This document shows positions 32,194-41,331 of a stretch of 64,000 nucleotides of DNA, in pieces. A model generated the notes under the pieces. That model did no database searches. It worked only from the letters and a program-made list of their open reading frames with translations, and was not told where the DNA came from. This DNA is from an uncultured Campylobacter sp. (lineage in GTDB: Bacteria; Campylobacterota; Campylobacteria; Campylobacterales; Campylobacteraceae): assembly GCA_963530525.1 (NCBI GenBank), contig CAUSEA010000005.1, forward strand, positions 4,269 to 68,268, given 5' to 3'. Numbering within the stretch: position 1 is the stretch's first letter; every line of letters begins with the position of its first letter. The position numbers were made by a program, and so were the translations under genes.

Positions 32194-32657
32194 TGTTTTA
32201 CTCCTTTGAAAAATACCAGCCAATGCGTTTCCGCCACCGTCTTTTGCCCCAACAGCGGAGCTACGGAAAAACACTTTAGCACCTCGTTTAGCTTGATTTG
32301 ATTTTCATTCCATTTGAAAATTAACGTTCCGCCCGGCTTTAAAACTCGCATGCATTCGTCAAAACCTTTTGCTAAATCTCCGCGCCAGCTCTCGTCAAGC
32401 TTGCCATATTTTTTTGCCATCCAAGAGTTTTGGCCGAGCCTAAAAAGGTGCGGCGGATCAAACACTACGAGATAAAAGCTCTCGTCCCCAAAAGGCAAAT
32501 TTCTAAAGTCTGCTACAGTGTTTGGGTTTACTTCGAAATTTCGTCCGTCGCAAAGGGTGTAGCTTTCTTTGCGGATGTCGCAAAAATGCACGTTTTCGTT
32601 TTGCTTATCAAAATAAAACATCCTGCCGCCGCAGCAGACATCAAGTATTGTTTTCAT
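32190..32657 (-). CDS. class I SAM-dependent (DNA amino-) methyltransferase
   Basis: ILDVCCGGRMF, VVFDPPH and RVLKPGGTLIFKW motifs. Confidence 0.85.
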   Translation of the reverse strand: MKTILDVCCGGRMFYFDKQNENVHFCDIRKESYTLCDGRNFEVNPNTVADFRNLPFGDESFYLVVFDPPHLFRLGQNSWMAKKYGKLDESWRGDLAKGFDECMRVLKPGGTLIFKWNENQIKLNEVLKCFSVAPLLGQKTVAETHWLVFFKGVKQ

Positions 32658-33058
32658 TCCGCGCCTTTTAAATTTTGATGAAATTTTTCCCTGCGCAAGG
32701 ACTCATAGTTGTGTATTTTATATCCTCTCGCGGTCGCGTATTCGATCTCTAGCCCTATGCCTTTTGAGCCGGCTATCAAAGATAGATCGCAGGTTTTGGC
32801 GCTAGGGATAAAAATCTCTCCGCACGTGTCGATCTGCATAAAGCAAATTTTCATAATCTCGTCGTAGCTTCTATCTGCATACTGCACCGAGTTTGCGAGC
32901 ACGGGCGAAAAGAGTTCTACGGCTAGCCCCTTGCCGTCAAAAAACTCGTCGGCTTCCTCTAGCGCCCTGATCGCTATGCGTCTTGCTTCGCGCCTGCTAG
33001 CCACAGCCGTATATGGCGAGCAAATATAAATACGCGGTATATATCTGTAACTACTCAT
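32654..33058 (-). CDS. nucleoside deoxyribosyltransferase-like/DUF4406-like protein
   Basis: IYICSPY...FSPV...SKGIGLEIEYA pattern. Confidence 0.65.
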   Translation of the reverse strand: MSSYRYIPRIYICSPYTAVASRREARRIAIRALEEADEFFDGKGLAVELFSPVLANSVQYADRSYDEIMKICFMQIDTCGEIFIPSAKTCDLSLIAGSKGIGLEIEYATARGYKIHNYESLRREKFHQNLKGAE

Positions 33059-33293
33059 ATTTTGTATCCTTAAGAACGCACCTTATAGCCTCAATCTCGT
33101 TTTGAAATTCGTCCAAATTTCTTATCTTTACGCAATCTCGTTCTAAGATATGTTTTGGCATTGCCGTGGTAATTCCGTTTGACATACAGATACTATATGT
33201 GTCGCTATCTTTTTCAAAAATCTTAGCGACGACTTTTTTTTCTTCAAAAGTTTTTTTGTTGCAAACATAGTCTCCTACCTCAAATTTATTCAT
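33051..33293 (-). CDS. phage hypothetical protein
   Basis: KFEVGDYV SH3-like start; RBS present. Confidence 0.55.
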   Translation of the reverse strand: MNKFEVGDYVCNKKTFEEKKVVAKIFEKDSDTYSICMSNGITTAMPKHILERDCVKIRNLDEFQNEIEAIRCVLKDTKYE

Positions 33294-33458
33294 GGCTTTT
33301 CTCCCTCAAAAATAACGCTGCGATGCCGGCGGTCGCCGTAAGGACGCCTCCTAAAATTACGATAATCCACAATGCAATTTCTATTTGCATATCTCTCTCC
33401 TTAAAGTAAATTTTGCGTTAATGCGTATATGGCGATCATCAAGGCCGCAAAGCCTGCG

Positions 33459-34037
33459 CTAATCGCCGCTTGCTTCAGATGGCTCAATATCGATCGCGTC
33501 ATCTTCCACCTCCAACGAGATCGCGCTAAATCGCGATAAAATTTCATCCGCGCTCACGGCGTCGCGCGGCATAAGTGCCATACGATCCAGCATCTTATCC
33601 TTGCGGGTGGTGCTAAGCGTAGCTATAAATTTCATCGTCTCTCTCTCCTCTCTTGAAATGATCTCTCCATTTCGTTTTTTCTCTAAAATTTCCCGCGCCT
33701 CGCTCTCAAAAAATTGATATGAGCTAGCCATAAGCACGTCGTTTCTTTCAATATCCACTTTGGTGTTTTCCACGACCGCCTTAAGGCTTGAATTACGAAG
33801 CATATCTCTTACGGGTTTATCCTCGCTCATAGCCAAAGTAACTTTGTTTTGCAGGGACTGCGCCCAGCCGAATTTCTTTTTCCATCTGCCTATCGCGCTC
33901 ATAGAGCTTTTCAATCCCATATCGTGAAGCTTTTTGGCTAAAGCCCGCTCCGATATAGGGGTAAAGTCATTCTCTAAACTCGCGCTTTGGATATAGATAT
34001 CAAAGGCTTTTTGCTGAATTTCATTCATAACGTCCAT
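33459..34037 (-). CDS. HTH protein, terminase small subunit-like
   Basis: KAFDIY...LAKKL...AIGRWKKKFGW N-terminal HTH; acidic tail. Confidence 0.55.
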   Translation of the reverse strand: MDVMNEIQQKAFDIYIQSASLENDFTPISERALAKKLHDMGLKSSMSAIGRWKKKFGWAQSLQNKVTLAMSEDKPVRDMLRNSSLKAVVENTKVDIERNDVLMASSYQFFESEAREILEKKRNGEIISREERETMKFIATLSTTRKDKMLDRMALMPRDAVSADEILSRFSAISLEVEDDAIDIEPSEASGD

Positions 34038-34059
34038 TATCGAGCCCTCTTTTTTATTT

Positions 34060-34436
34060 CTGTCCCAGCTGTCCCACTATCGCCGAAAAATGCTGTCCCG
34101 CTCAAAATCCCGTATAGTGGACGTTCGCGGTGTTTCCGTCCCTTTAAGATTGCAAATCGTGGGACAAGGGTTAATAACCTAAAAAACGTTGTTTGCTTCT
34201 TTAAGGTTTCTTTCTGTCCCATCATTTTCCCTATATAATCGGTAGAAAAAAATTCAAAAATCAAAGACAAGTTAAGTTTAAATTCAGTAATAAAAATATA
34301 TGAATATATAAGCGAAAATAGCGGGACGCTGGGACAACGAGCCCCTAGAGCCGATTTTAGCGCTGCTTTGCCGTCCCAGCATCGGATCAAAATAGTGGGA
34401 CGATAGCGGGACAAAAGTCCGCATCGCGGGACAAAA
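34060..34436. promoter_or_regulatory. putative phage replication origin (YGTCCC iterons around an AT-rich core)
   Basis: 12 YGTCCC/GGGACR copies; AT-rich core at 34240-34320; directly downstream of the primase-helicase. Confidence 0.75.
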
Positions 34437-37364
34437 TTATTCTTCTTCATCGCTTCTTGCTCCCCCGATTTGATATTCGCTTAGGGCGCCGATTTCTATA
34501 AAGCTGCCGTCCACGTTGATTTTGTTGAAATCCAAATTTTCATTTGCCCGGATTCCGAATACGCAATGAGGCCTATCGCCGCTTAGCCCCGCCAAAGGAT
34601 AGGGCATCCGTCTTCTTCCGCGGGTAACCTTGATATTATTTATCGTGCACTCGTCGATAAAATTTGCATAAAAATTCTTCTCTTTCTGTGGGGTGCCGCC
34701 CTTGTCCTCGATGTATGTCTTGTAGAGGATATAGAGGTATTTATTAGGAATGAAGTAATTTTCATCGGGGATGACGGCATCTCTTACAAAAGCTCTCATA
34801 GGATTTACGTCGTCCCTATATTCCTCAAGTTCGCTCAGCATTCGCTTGGAGCGGGTAAATTTGCCCTGCTTTACGAGGCGCATAAGCCCGGAAAGAGCAA
34901 GGTTGAAAATCCCCGCCATCTCGTCGTTAAAGCGGTCGCTAAGCCCTCTAATCTTTTGCCCGTCTTTGATCTCCTTGTCGAAGCTAATAAGCACCATTCT
35001 GCGAAGCGTTGCGTTATCCACGCCCTGCTTAGGCTTGGCGTTTCCCGAAAAGGCGAGTTTGGGCTTTTCATTCGGCAAGAGATTAAAAGGCTTCTCATTT
35101 TTTGGATTTATCATAATACTGTCCTTCGTAGACACAAGAGCCTTTAGATTTGCAAGCTGACCCTTGTCGGTGCCATTCTTGTCGATCTCGGTTCCAATAT
35201 TAATGAGTTTGTTTGAAAGTCCGTAAAGTTGGTGTCCCTCAAACTGCTGAAGCTGGAGACTTGAGACGTTATCTTCACCGAAAAAGTTGCGAATAGTATC
35301 CAAAATAACGCTCTTGCCGTTGGCGCCGCTTTTGCCATATAAAAATAGAAAGCTTTCGAATTCGTGGCTCGGCAGAAAGCAGTATCCGATAAACTCCATC
35401 AAGGTCTTGATGTCGTCCTTGTCCGCTAAAATTTGGCGTAGAAACCTATTCCACTTCGGGCAAGCGGCGTTTTTGTCGTATGCAAAATCTAAGATATTAA
35501 GCGCGCCGTCGCCCTTTTCGTGGCGCGATTTAAAGGTTATGTTTCCGTATTTGGAAATAAAGATCGTGCCGTTGGTTAAATTTATAACCCGCCTCTGTTC
35601 GTCGCGCTTGAGCGTATCGAGCGGGTGGGCTTTGTTAAGCAAATTTTCAATGATCTTTGTGGAGTTATCCACGCTCTTTTTCTTCACGTCCACGCAAGCC
35701 CTCGGCATCCAATACTCTTGTAGGAAGTGATTTAGCACGCGCAGATCGACCCTAGCGTAATGCGTTTTCGTCCAAAAATACAGCTCGCCCTTGTATTGCG
35801 CGAAAGGATACCCGAGCTTCTCTACGGAAGCAAGGAAGCTTTCCACCATATCCACGATGTGGGTTTGGTGGTAATTCGTAAGGACGGTCTTGTTTATCTG
35901 AAGTAGCTTGTCAAACGTCGCGCTATACTTATCCCAATCTTTTTGGGCGATCTCGCCTATGAGCGCGCCGTCGAAAAAAGCCTTTTTGATCCTTTCGTAG
36001 GTATCGCCGTCCGATTTCTTGAGCGCCTTTGCATTTTTAAGAATATTGTTTATAAAAGGTTCGTCAAGCTCGCCTCTAACGGTGAATATATTGACGCAGT
36101 TGCCGTTCTTGTCGGTTAGCAGAAACTCGTCAAAAATTTCATCGAAATAATGCACGATTTTTCCGCGTCGGAAAGGCGCCAGCTTCTCGCGCAAATTCGG
36201 AAAGTAATCGCAAATCTCATCGATCACGATATTGGTAGGCTCGAAGCAGCTAAACGCCAGCAGATCAAACATATTGTCGTTTGTGATCTTTGAGGTATGG
36301 TTATAGAGCCAATCGCTGATGTCATATTTTTTGTTCAGGTCCTTTTCGAGCATATAAAACAGCACAATATGGGTATTCCGCGCTACGGGTTTAATTTCAT
36401 AATATCTTTTGATCGCGTTTTCATATCCCGCCTCGTCGTGGTCGAACCAGATATAAACGTCCTTGCCGCGCAGCAATTCCAGATACTCGTCCCATCTACT
36501 CCCCGCGCCGCCCAAGGTTAGGGCGTTTACGTTGAAGCTCATCAAATTTAGGGCGTCTTTTTCGCCCTCGCAGATGATGACGCGATCGTCCGGGTTGTCT
36601 AAAAAATATCTAATCGGAAACGGCGCAGCGCCCGCTCCGCTCTCGCCTATCCATTTGCCGCTCATACGCTCGGAGCTTACGGCGCGAGCCTTACTATCCC
36701 AAGCAAATTTTTCTCTATATTTGATGTTTAGCGGCATGCCTCGCTCGTCGCGAATGATGATCGCTATGCTTTGATGTTCGTGCGAATATCCTATCGCGTC
36801 CTTGGAGTAGGTCAGAAAGGTAGGGGCTTCGTAGTTTACGAAAATCCCGCGCAGCCCGTTTTCTATGAGCGTCGGTCTTATGGCCTCAAAATTTGAGATA
36901 AGCTCCGGCGCGATGGACGCAATACGAGCTCGCATCCTTTTTTCGGCGACGGCTCTCTTAGCGGCGTCCGCTTTTGCGCGAGCTTCGTTTTGCTCCTGCA
37001 AAAGCTTTGCTCTAGCTTCGATCTGCGCCTTTTGCTCCTCGCTGAGCTCGCCTTTTTTGATATTATGCGGGATGCCGAAGTATTCGCATACCGCAGCGGC
37101 GGCATCAAGCGGGGACGCGCCCTCTTTCATCTCCGTAAATCTTACGATATCGCCGCTAGCCCCGCAGGCGAAGCAGTGGAAGAAAGCTCCGCCACTTTTG
37201 CCGTTTGCGATGCCGAGGCTCGGCGTGTCGTGGTCGTGATCGTGAAAAGGGCAGAAGCCGTTAGCCGTGCGGCCCTTAAACTCTATGCCATATTTCGAGC
37301 TTACATAATCCCTAAACTGCTCTTTGTCGATCGTCTCTCTTATCGTCTGAAATATATTGTCCAT
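34437..37364 (-). CDS. P4-family primase-helicase (CHC2 zinc finger, TOPRIM, D5/SF3 helicase)
   Basis: CPFHD...CFACG, ICEGEKD, WFDHDEAG and GKSGANGKS motifs. Confidence 0.92.
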   Translation of the reverse strand: MDNIFQTIRETIDKEQFRDYVSSKYGIEFKGRTANGFCPFHDHDHDTPSLGIANGKSGGAFFHCFACGASGDIVRFTEMKEGASPLDAAAAVCEYFGIPHNIKKGELSEEQKAQIEARAKLLQEQNEARAKADAAKRAVAEKRMRARIASIAPELISNFEAIRPTLIENGLRGIFVNYEAPTFLTYSKDAIGYSHEHQSIAIIIRDERGMPLNIKYREKFAWDSKARAVSSERMSGKWIGESGAGAAPFPIRYFLDNPDDRVIICEGEKDALNLMSFNVNALTLGGAGSRWDEYLELLRGKDVYIWFDHDEAGYENAIKRYYEIKPVARNTHIVLFYMLEKDLNKKYDISDWLYNHTSKITNDNMFDLLAFSCFEPTNIVIDEICDYFPNLREKLAPFRRGKIVHYFDEIFDEFLLTDKNGNCVNIFTVRGELDEPFINNILKNAKALKKSDGDTYERIKKAFFDGALIGEIAQKDWDKYSATFDKLLQINKTVLTNYHQTHIVDMVESFLASVEKLGYPFAQYKGELYFWTKTHYARVDLRVLNHFLQEYWMPRACVDVKKKSVDNSTKIIENLLNKAHPLDTLKRDEQRRVINLTNGTIFISKYGNITFKSRHEKGDGALNILDFAYDKNAACPKWNRFLRQILADKDDIKTLMEFIGYCFLPSHEFESFLFLYGKSGANGKSVILDTIRNFFGEDNVSSLQLQQFEGHQLYGLSNKLINIGTEIDKNGTDKGQLANLKALVSTKDSIMINPKNEKPFNLLPNEKPKLAFSGNAKPKQGVDNATLRRMVLISFDKEIKDGQKIRGLSDRFNDEMAGIFNLALSGLMRLVKQGKFTRSKRMLSELEEYRDDVNPMRAFVRDAVIPDENYFIPNKYLYILYKTYIEDKGGTPQKEKNFYANFIDECTINNIKVTRGRRRMPYPLAGLSGDRPHCVFGIRANENLDFNKINVDGSFIEIGALSEYQIGGARSDEEE

Positions 37365-37365
37365 T

Positions 37366-37749
37366 TTAATATCCCACTTCCGCGAATAGATTGTTTTGCC
37401 GTATAAAAATCCCCAGAAGCTTTGCCACGATACGGGCGAAATCCGGGTTCTTAAATTTGAAATTTCTAAAATAAAAATAAACCGCATTGATGTTTTTGCC
37501 GGTGCGGCGCGAGATAAATTTGGCTATCTCTTTTTCGCTATCGGCGCACTCCAAGGCTCTGTAATATAACTCTGCGATGTCGTCAAAGTGGGGACATTTG
37601 TAGTTTTGCCTAACGTAGAGATGCCCGTCTTGTCTATAAAATCTATCGTCGCGCCCGGTCCTTCGGTCGAAATAGGATAGGTTTTGCAGGGCCTTGCGCG
37701 GGGTTTCGTAGGTAGCGCAAGCGGACTCTAGGGACATAAACTCTCTCAT
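37366..37749 (-). CDS. phage hypothetical DNA-binding protein
   Basis: ORF in the early operon with an HTH-like segment EIAKFISRRTGKNINAVY. Confidence 0.55.
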   Translation of the reverse strand: MREFMSLESACATYETPRKALQNLSYFDRRTGRDDRFYRQDGHLYVRQNYKCPHFDDIAELYYRALECADSEKEIAKFISRRTGKNINAVYFYFRNFKFKNPDFARIVAKLLGIFIRQNNLFAEVGY

Positions 37750-37868
37750 AGCCCGCCGCCCTGCTTGTAAAGCGCGTATCCGATAAGCTCTAAAAGGGCA
37801 AGGCAAAGCAGGGCTACCGCCCAATCTACAAAGCCCATTTCAAAAAAAGCCTCTAACATATCCGCCCC

Positions 37869-38144
37869 CTATAAAATTTTCATATCCTCGGTAAATTCGA
37901 TCTCATAGATCGGACCGACGCCGCTTTTGAGCCAATCGATATTGACGTGCAAATTTTCTTTGAGCGCATACGCCCATTCGAGCAAGAAGGGGTATTGCCC
38001 ATCTTTCGCCCGGTTGTAGAGGTGGCGCGAGGTGTGAAGCAGCTCGCAAAACTCGCCGAGCTTGAGGGAGTTATCAAGCCGCACGGCCTCGGCTCTTTGC
38101 GCCGGGGTGCTAAGGGTGCTAAGCAGAACGTAATGTTTTGACAT
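37869..38144 (-). CDS. Cro-like HTH protein
   Basis: EFCELLHTSRHLY...VNIDWLKSGVG XRE-like pattern; divergent from CI. Confidence 0.65.
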   Translation of the reverse strand: MSKHYVLLSTLSTPAQRAEAVRLDNSLKLGEFCELLHTSRHLYNRAKDGQYPFLLEWAYALKENLHVNIDWLKSGVGPIYEIEFTEDMKIL

Positions 38145-38153
38145 TAGATGCTC

Positions 38154-38441
38154 CTATGAAAGCTTAAGGACTCGCCCGATTAGGCCGGAGGGGTTTTGAT
38201 GATTTGCGGCCGCCGCAGCAACCATCGCAATACGCCTTTTTAAACGCAACGTTTCTTTTTTATCGGCTGTTGGAGCCGGTATATCGCTAAAGATATCCGT
38301 ATTTTTTGTTTCTATTTCTAGAAGACCATTAGGGAGTTTTTCTATCGCGACCCAGCCCGATATAAATTTTGTAGAAAATTGTAAATTTGCGCAAAGCCTT
38401 AAATACTCATAGAGAAGGTCTTCTCTCATAATTCCTTTCAT
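38154..38441 (-). CDS. phage hypothetical protein
   Basis: First ORF of the leftward operon; GAGG RBS. Confidence 0.5.
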   Translation of the reverse strand: MKGIMREDLLYEYLRLCANLQFSTKFISGWVAIEKLPNGLLEIETKNTDIFSDIPAPTADKKETLRLKRRIAMVAAAAANHQNPSGLIGRVLKLS

Positions 38442-38459
38442 ATTCCGCCTCTATACTTT

Positions 38460-38596
38460 TTAATGACTTTTAAAAATTATGGTATAATTTTAAAGTCGTT
38501 AAATTCTTTTGACTATGCAATTATATATTAATTTGAATATATTGTCAATAGATTTGACTATAAATTTTTGGGATAACGCGTCATTATATATTCAAA
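38460..38596. promoter_or_regulatory. divergent immunity promoters/operators
   Basis: Imperfect inverted repeat at 38460-38502; TTTGAATATAT 38532 with ATATATTCAAA 38586; repeated TTTGACTAT. Confidence 0.6.
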
Positions 38597-38605
38597 GGAG
38601 TAGAT

Positions 38606-39301
38606 ATGGGGGATTCTGAAAAAGAATTAATCGATCAAATGAAAAAATTTTTTAATGTCAGTAGCCTTGAGGACGTTGCCGAAAATCTTGGGTATAGTCG
38701 AGCGTCTGCAAACAATTGGAGAAACAGGGGCGTTTCAGATGCCGCAAAAATGAAATTTATACTCGCTCAAAATAAAAATTTCGATGCCGATCTATTAAGG
38801 CAGAGCCGAAAAGATAAGGAACAGGGCGCACTTAAATTTGATATAGACCTACTTAGAGAGCAAGAAGGACCAATACCGCTAAGATATTTTGAAAACGTTA
38901 CCGCTAGCGCGGGATACGGTAGCCAAAATAGCGACGAAAGCTTTGAGCCGCTAAGCGTTAGCGCCGAATTTTTAAAGGCGGTATTCGGTATCACGGCAGC
39001 CAAATATGGATACGATATGATAAGGATATTCGGCGATAGCATGGAGCCTTTCGTTAAAAACGGCGATATTATATTCGTCGATAGGCAAAAGGAGATAATG
39101 AGCGGAGATGTCGTTATAGCGGAGGTCGGTGAGGATACTTTTATAAAAAAGTTTCTGCGCGATAGCGTGCACAAGAGCATCAAACTTACTTCGCTTAGCG
39201 ATTTTTATCAAGACATCGTGTTAAAAGATGATGAGATCGAGAATTTGAAGCTACTGGGAAAGATCGTCTGCAAATTCTCTATAAATATAAAGGTGTTTTA
39301 A
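38606..39301 (+). CDS. CI-like repressor (HTH plus S24 peptidase)
   Basis: ASAGYG cleavage site, GDSMEP and FIKK motifs. Confidence 0.92.
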   Translation: MGDSEKELIDQMKKFFNVSSLEDVAENLGYSRASANNWRNRGVSDAAKMKFILAQNKNFDADLLRQSRKDKEQGALKFDIDLLREQEGPIPLRYFENVTASAGYGSQNSDESFEPLSVSAEFLKAVFGITAAKYGYDMIRIFGDSMEPFVKNGDIIFVDRQKEIMSGDVVIAEVGEDTFIKKFLRDSVHKSIKLTSLSDFYQDIVLKDDEIENLKLLGKIVCKFSINIKVF

Positions 39302-39302
39302 A

Positions 39303-39776
39303 ATGAAAAAGATCGCTTTAATTTTATGCGCGATGCTAAATTTCGTCTTTGCAGAATGTAAGCTATACGAGAGCGTAGATGAGATGACCGATAAAAAAAT
39401 TTATTGGACGAAATGTGGAGACGAGACTTTTAATATAGGCGTTTTTCATATGAGTAAAGAAATACGTCCGCTAAAGCCCAATATGTATATCATAATGTCC
39501 GATAATATAGATGGATTTTTCGCCGAGTATAAAAAGGGAAATTTTGAATATCAAAAAATAAGTATAAGAATAGATAAAAATAAATTTTTTAATGTAAATG
39601 CCGAAATTTCGTCTGGATACTATGGAAAAAACACGAATGCGTCTTTTTTTATAAGCCCAGCTCAACAAAAGCAACTAATAGAGGGCAAAAAAATATTAGT
39701 TCGATATATTACGGGACAAAATAAAGTGAATACTGAAAGCATCGATATTTCAACTATAAAAATTCCAAAGGAATAA
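39303..39776 (+). CDS. exported hypothetical protein (low GC)
   Basis: Signal peptide; DEMTD motif; follows CI. Confidence 0.6.
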   Translation: MKKIALILCAMLNFVFAECKLYESVDEMTDKKIYWTKCGDETFNIGVFHMSKEIRPLKPNMYIIMSDNIDGFFAEYKKGNFEYQKISIRIDKNKFFNVNAEISSGYYGKNTNASFFISPAQQKQLIEGKKILVRYITGQNKVNTESIDISTIKIPKE

Positions 39777-39779
39777 GTT

Positions 39780-40175
39780 ATGCCCGATTACGACGGTTTT
39801 GACGAAAGTTCCTACATAAGCCCGTGGTATTATATAGGAAGCTTTGCGGTCGTCCTCGTAGTTTCTCTTGTAATTTTGGCGTTACTGGACGTAATAGGCA
39901 AGAAGCTTGATATAAAATTTATCAAATTTCTATCGCAAGCCGCCTTTGAAAGCGGCAAAAAATCGGGGGCGATATTTTTATTTCTGATCTCAATGTTTTT
40001 GGCTAGAGGCGACTGGCTGCTGCTTACCTATATCCTAACGCTTGGGTGCTTATTCTGGGGTCTTGAGACGTGGAGGATGATCGAGCTGGACGAGGGCAAC
40101 GAAAGGCATATTAGCTACGGCGCGATCGCGATTTGTGGTATAATAGGACTATTATTTATCTCTTTTGCAAGGTGA
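39780..40175 (+). CDS. four-TM membrane protein
   Basis: Hydrophobic segments; in the CI operon. Confidence 0.6.
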   Translation: MPDYDGFDESSYISPWYYIGSFAVVLVVSLVILALLDVIGKKLDIKFIKFLSQAAFESGKKSGAIFLFLISMFLARGDWLLLTYILTLGCLFWGLETWRMIELDEGNERHISYGAIAICGIIGLLFISFAR

Positions 40176-40180
40176 TAGGG

Positions 40181-40528
40181 ATGAGAGCTTTCATCATATT
40201 TTGCGCTGCTGCGGCGGCGTGTTTGGCATGGGACGGCTACGACTGGGACAGCGGAAGCTACGTCGAGATCGGCAAGGGAAATCTAGTCCGCTCCGGGCGC
40301 GACATAGAGATATTCGACTACGGCGACGGAAGATATAAAGACGTAGAGGTTCAGAGCATCAGAAAGACATACAGCGGCAAAGTCGAAGTCGAGGTTTATG
40401 ATCCGCAAAGGGGAGAAACCCGCACGCTAGAGATGGATAGCTATCAAGAGCGCAAGGAAAAAGCGCGCGGATATAGCTACGGCGCTATGGATGATGACGA
40501 TGACGACGACGGCTACGAGGGCAGATAA
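40181..40528 (+). CDS. DUF5334-like exported protein
   Basis: WDGYDWDSGSYVEIGKGNLVRSGRDIEIFDY after a signal peptide. Confidence 0.65.
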   Translation: MRAFIIFCAAAAACLAWDGYDWDSGSYVEIGKGNLVRSGRDIEIFDYGDGRYKDVEVQSIRKTYSGKVEVEVYDPQRGETRTLEMDSYQERKEKARGYSYGAMDDDDDDDGYEGR

Positions 40529-40551
40529 GCCCGCTTGCCCGCCCCATAAAT

Positions 40552-40830
40552 TTAAACGATAGATAGGCTTAGTTTCTTACCTAGCGCACTTACCGCAGAG
40601 CTTAAGGTGCTTAGGGTAAGAGAGCCGTTTTTCGGGTTCAAAAGCCTAGATACGACGGCTCTGCTGGTATTCATACGCTGCGCGAGCTCGGTCTGCGTAA
40701 TGTTTTGAGCCCTCATCTCTTCTTCAATCTGATAAGCTATAACGCGCTTTATCGCCACAGCTTTCGTCTGCTCGTAAAGCCCATCCTCTTTCAAAAAATC
40801 ATCAAGCGAACTTAAATTTTCCACTTTCAT
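40552..40830 (-). CDS. XRE HTH antitoxin (HigA-like)
   Basis: ITQTELAQRMNTSRAVVSRLL; downstream of the RelE-like gene. Confidence 0.88.
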   Translation of the reverse strand: MKVENLSSLDDFLKEDGLYEQTKAVAIKRVIAYQIEEEMRAQNITQTELAQRMNTSRAVVSRLLNPKNGSLTLSTLSSAVSALGKKLSLSIV

Positions 40831-40866
40831 ACTTACTCTTCCTTTTTTTTGTTGCTAACCTTGCTT

Positions 40867-41202
40867 TTACCTTAATTCCCTTGCGCGCTTGCTCGCCAGA
40901 TCGATATCCTGTTTCGGCGTCTTTTGCGTTTTCTTTATGAAGCCGTGAAGCAGCACCATATACCCGCGCTTCACGATAAAAATCACTCTTGCGATCTTTC
41001 CGTCCGAAATATCGCTGCGCACCTCATAAAGTCCATTTCCTAAATTTCTACACACGGGCATCCCGATCGGGTAGCCGAACTCCACCGTCGCAATATCCTC
41101 TCCTATGATCCTGCGATCCTCTCTATCCAAACCCAACAACCACTCCCGCACGGGCTCATTGCCGCTTCCGCTTTCATAAAAAACAGCCTTAACTCTTTTC
41201 AT
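40867..41202 (-). CDS. RelE/HigB (Gp49-like) toxin
   Basis: GNEPVREWL, GLYEVR and LLHGFIKKTQKTP motifs. Confidence 0.9.
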   Translation of the reverse strand: MKRVKAVFYESGSGNEPVREWLLGLDREDRRIIGEDIATVEFGYPIGMPVCRNLGNGLYEVRSDISDGKIARVIFIVKRGYMVLLHGFIKKTQKTPKQDIDLASKRARELR

Positions 41203-41243
41203 AGCAGTAATTGTATCAAAAAAGATACAAAAAAGCAAATCGC

Positions 41244-41277
41244 AGTATAGAAAAATTAGGACGCAGGGGAATAAGCT
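41244..41277 (+). promoter_or_regulatory. phage late promoter motif, copy 1 (portal)
   Basis: AGTATAGAAAAATTAGGA-N10-TAAGCT. Confidence 0.65.
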
Positions 41278-41331
41278 ATCCAAAAAATAGGGTCAAATCT
41301 TTGCAGGATGCGCCCTTTTGCGGAGTAGAAA

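Noticed and set aside
34037..34450. 137-aa minus-strand ORF
   Set aside because: Coincides with the iteron array; its translation (VP/GT repeats) just reflects GTCCC/GGGAC.
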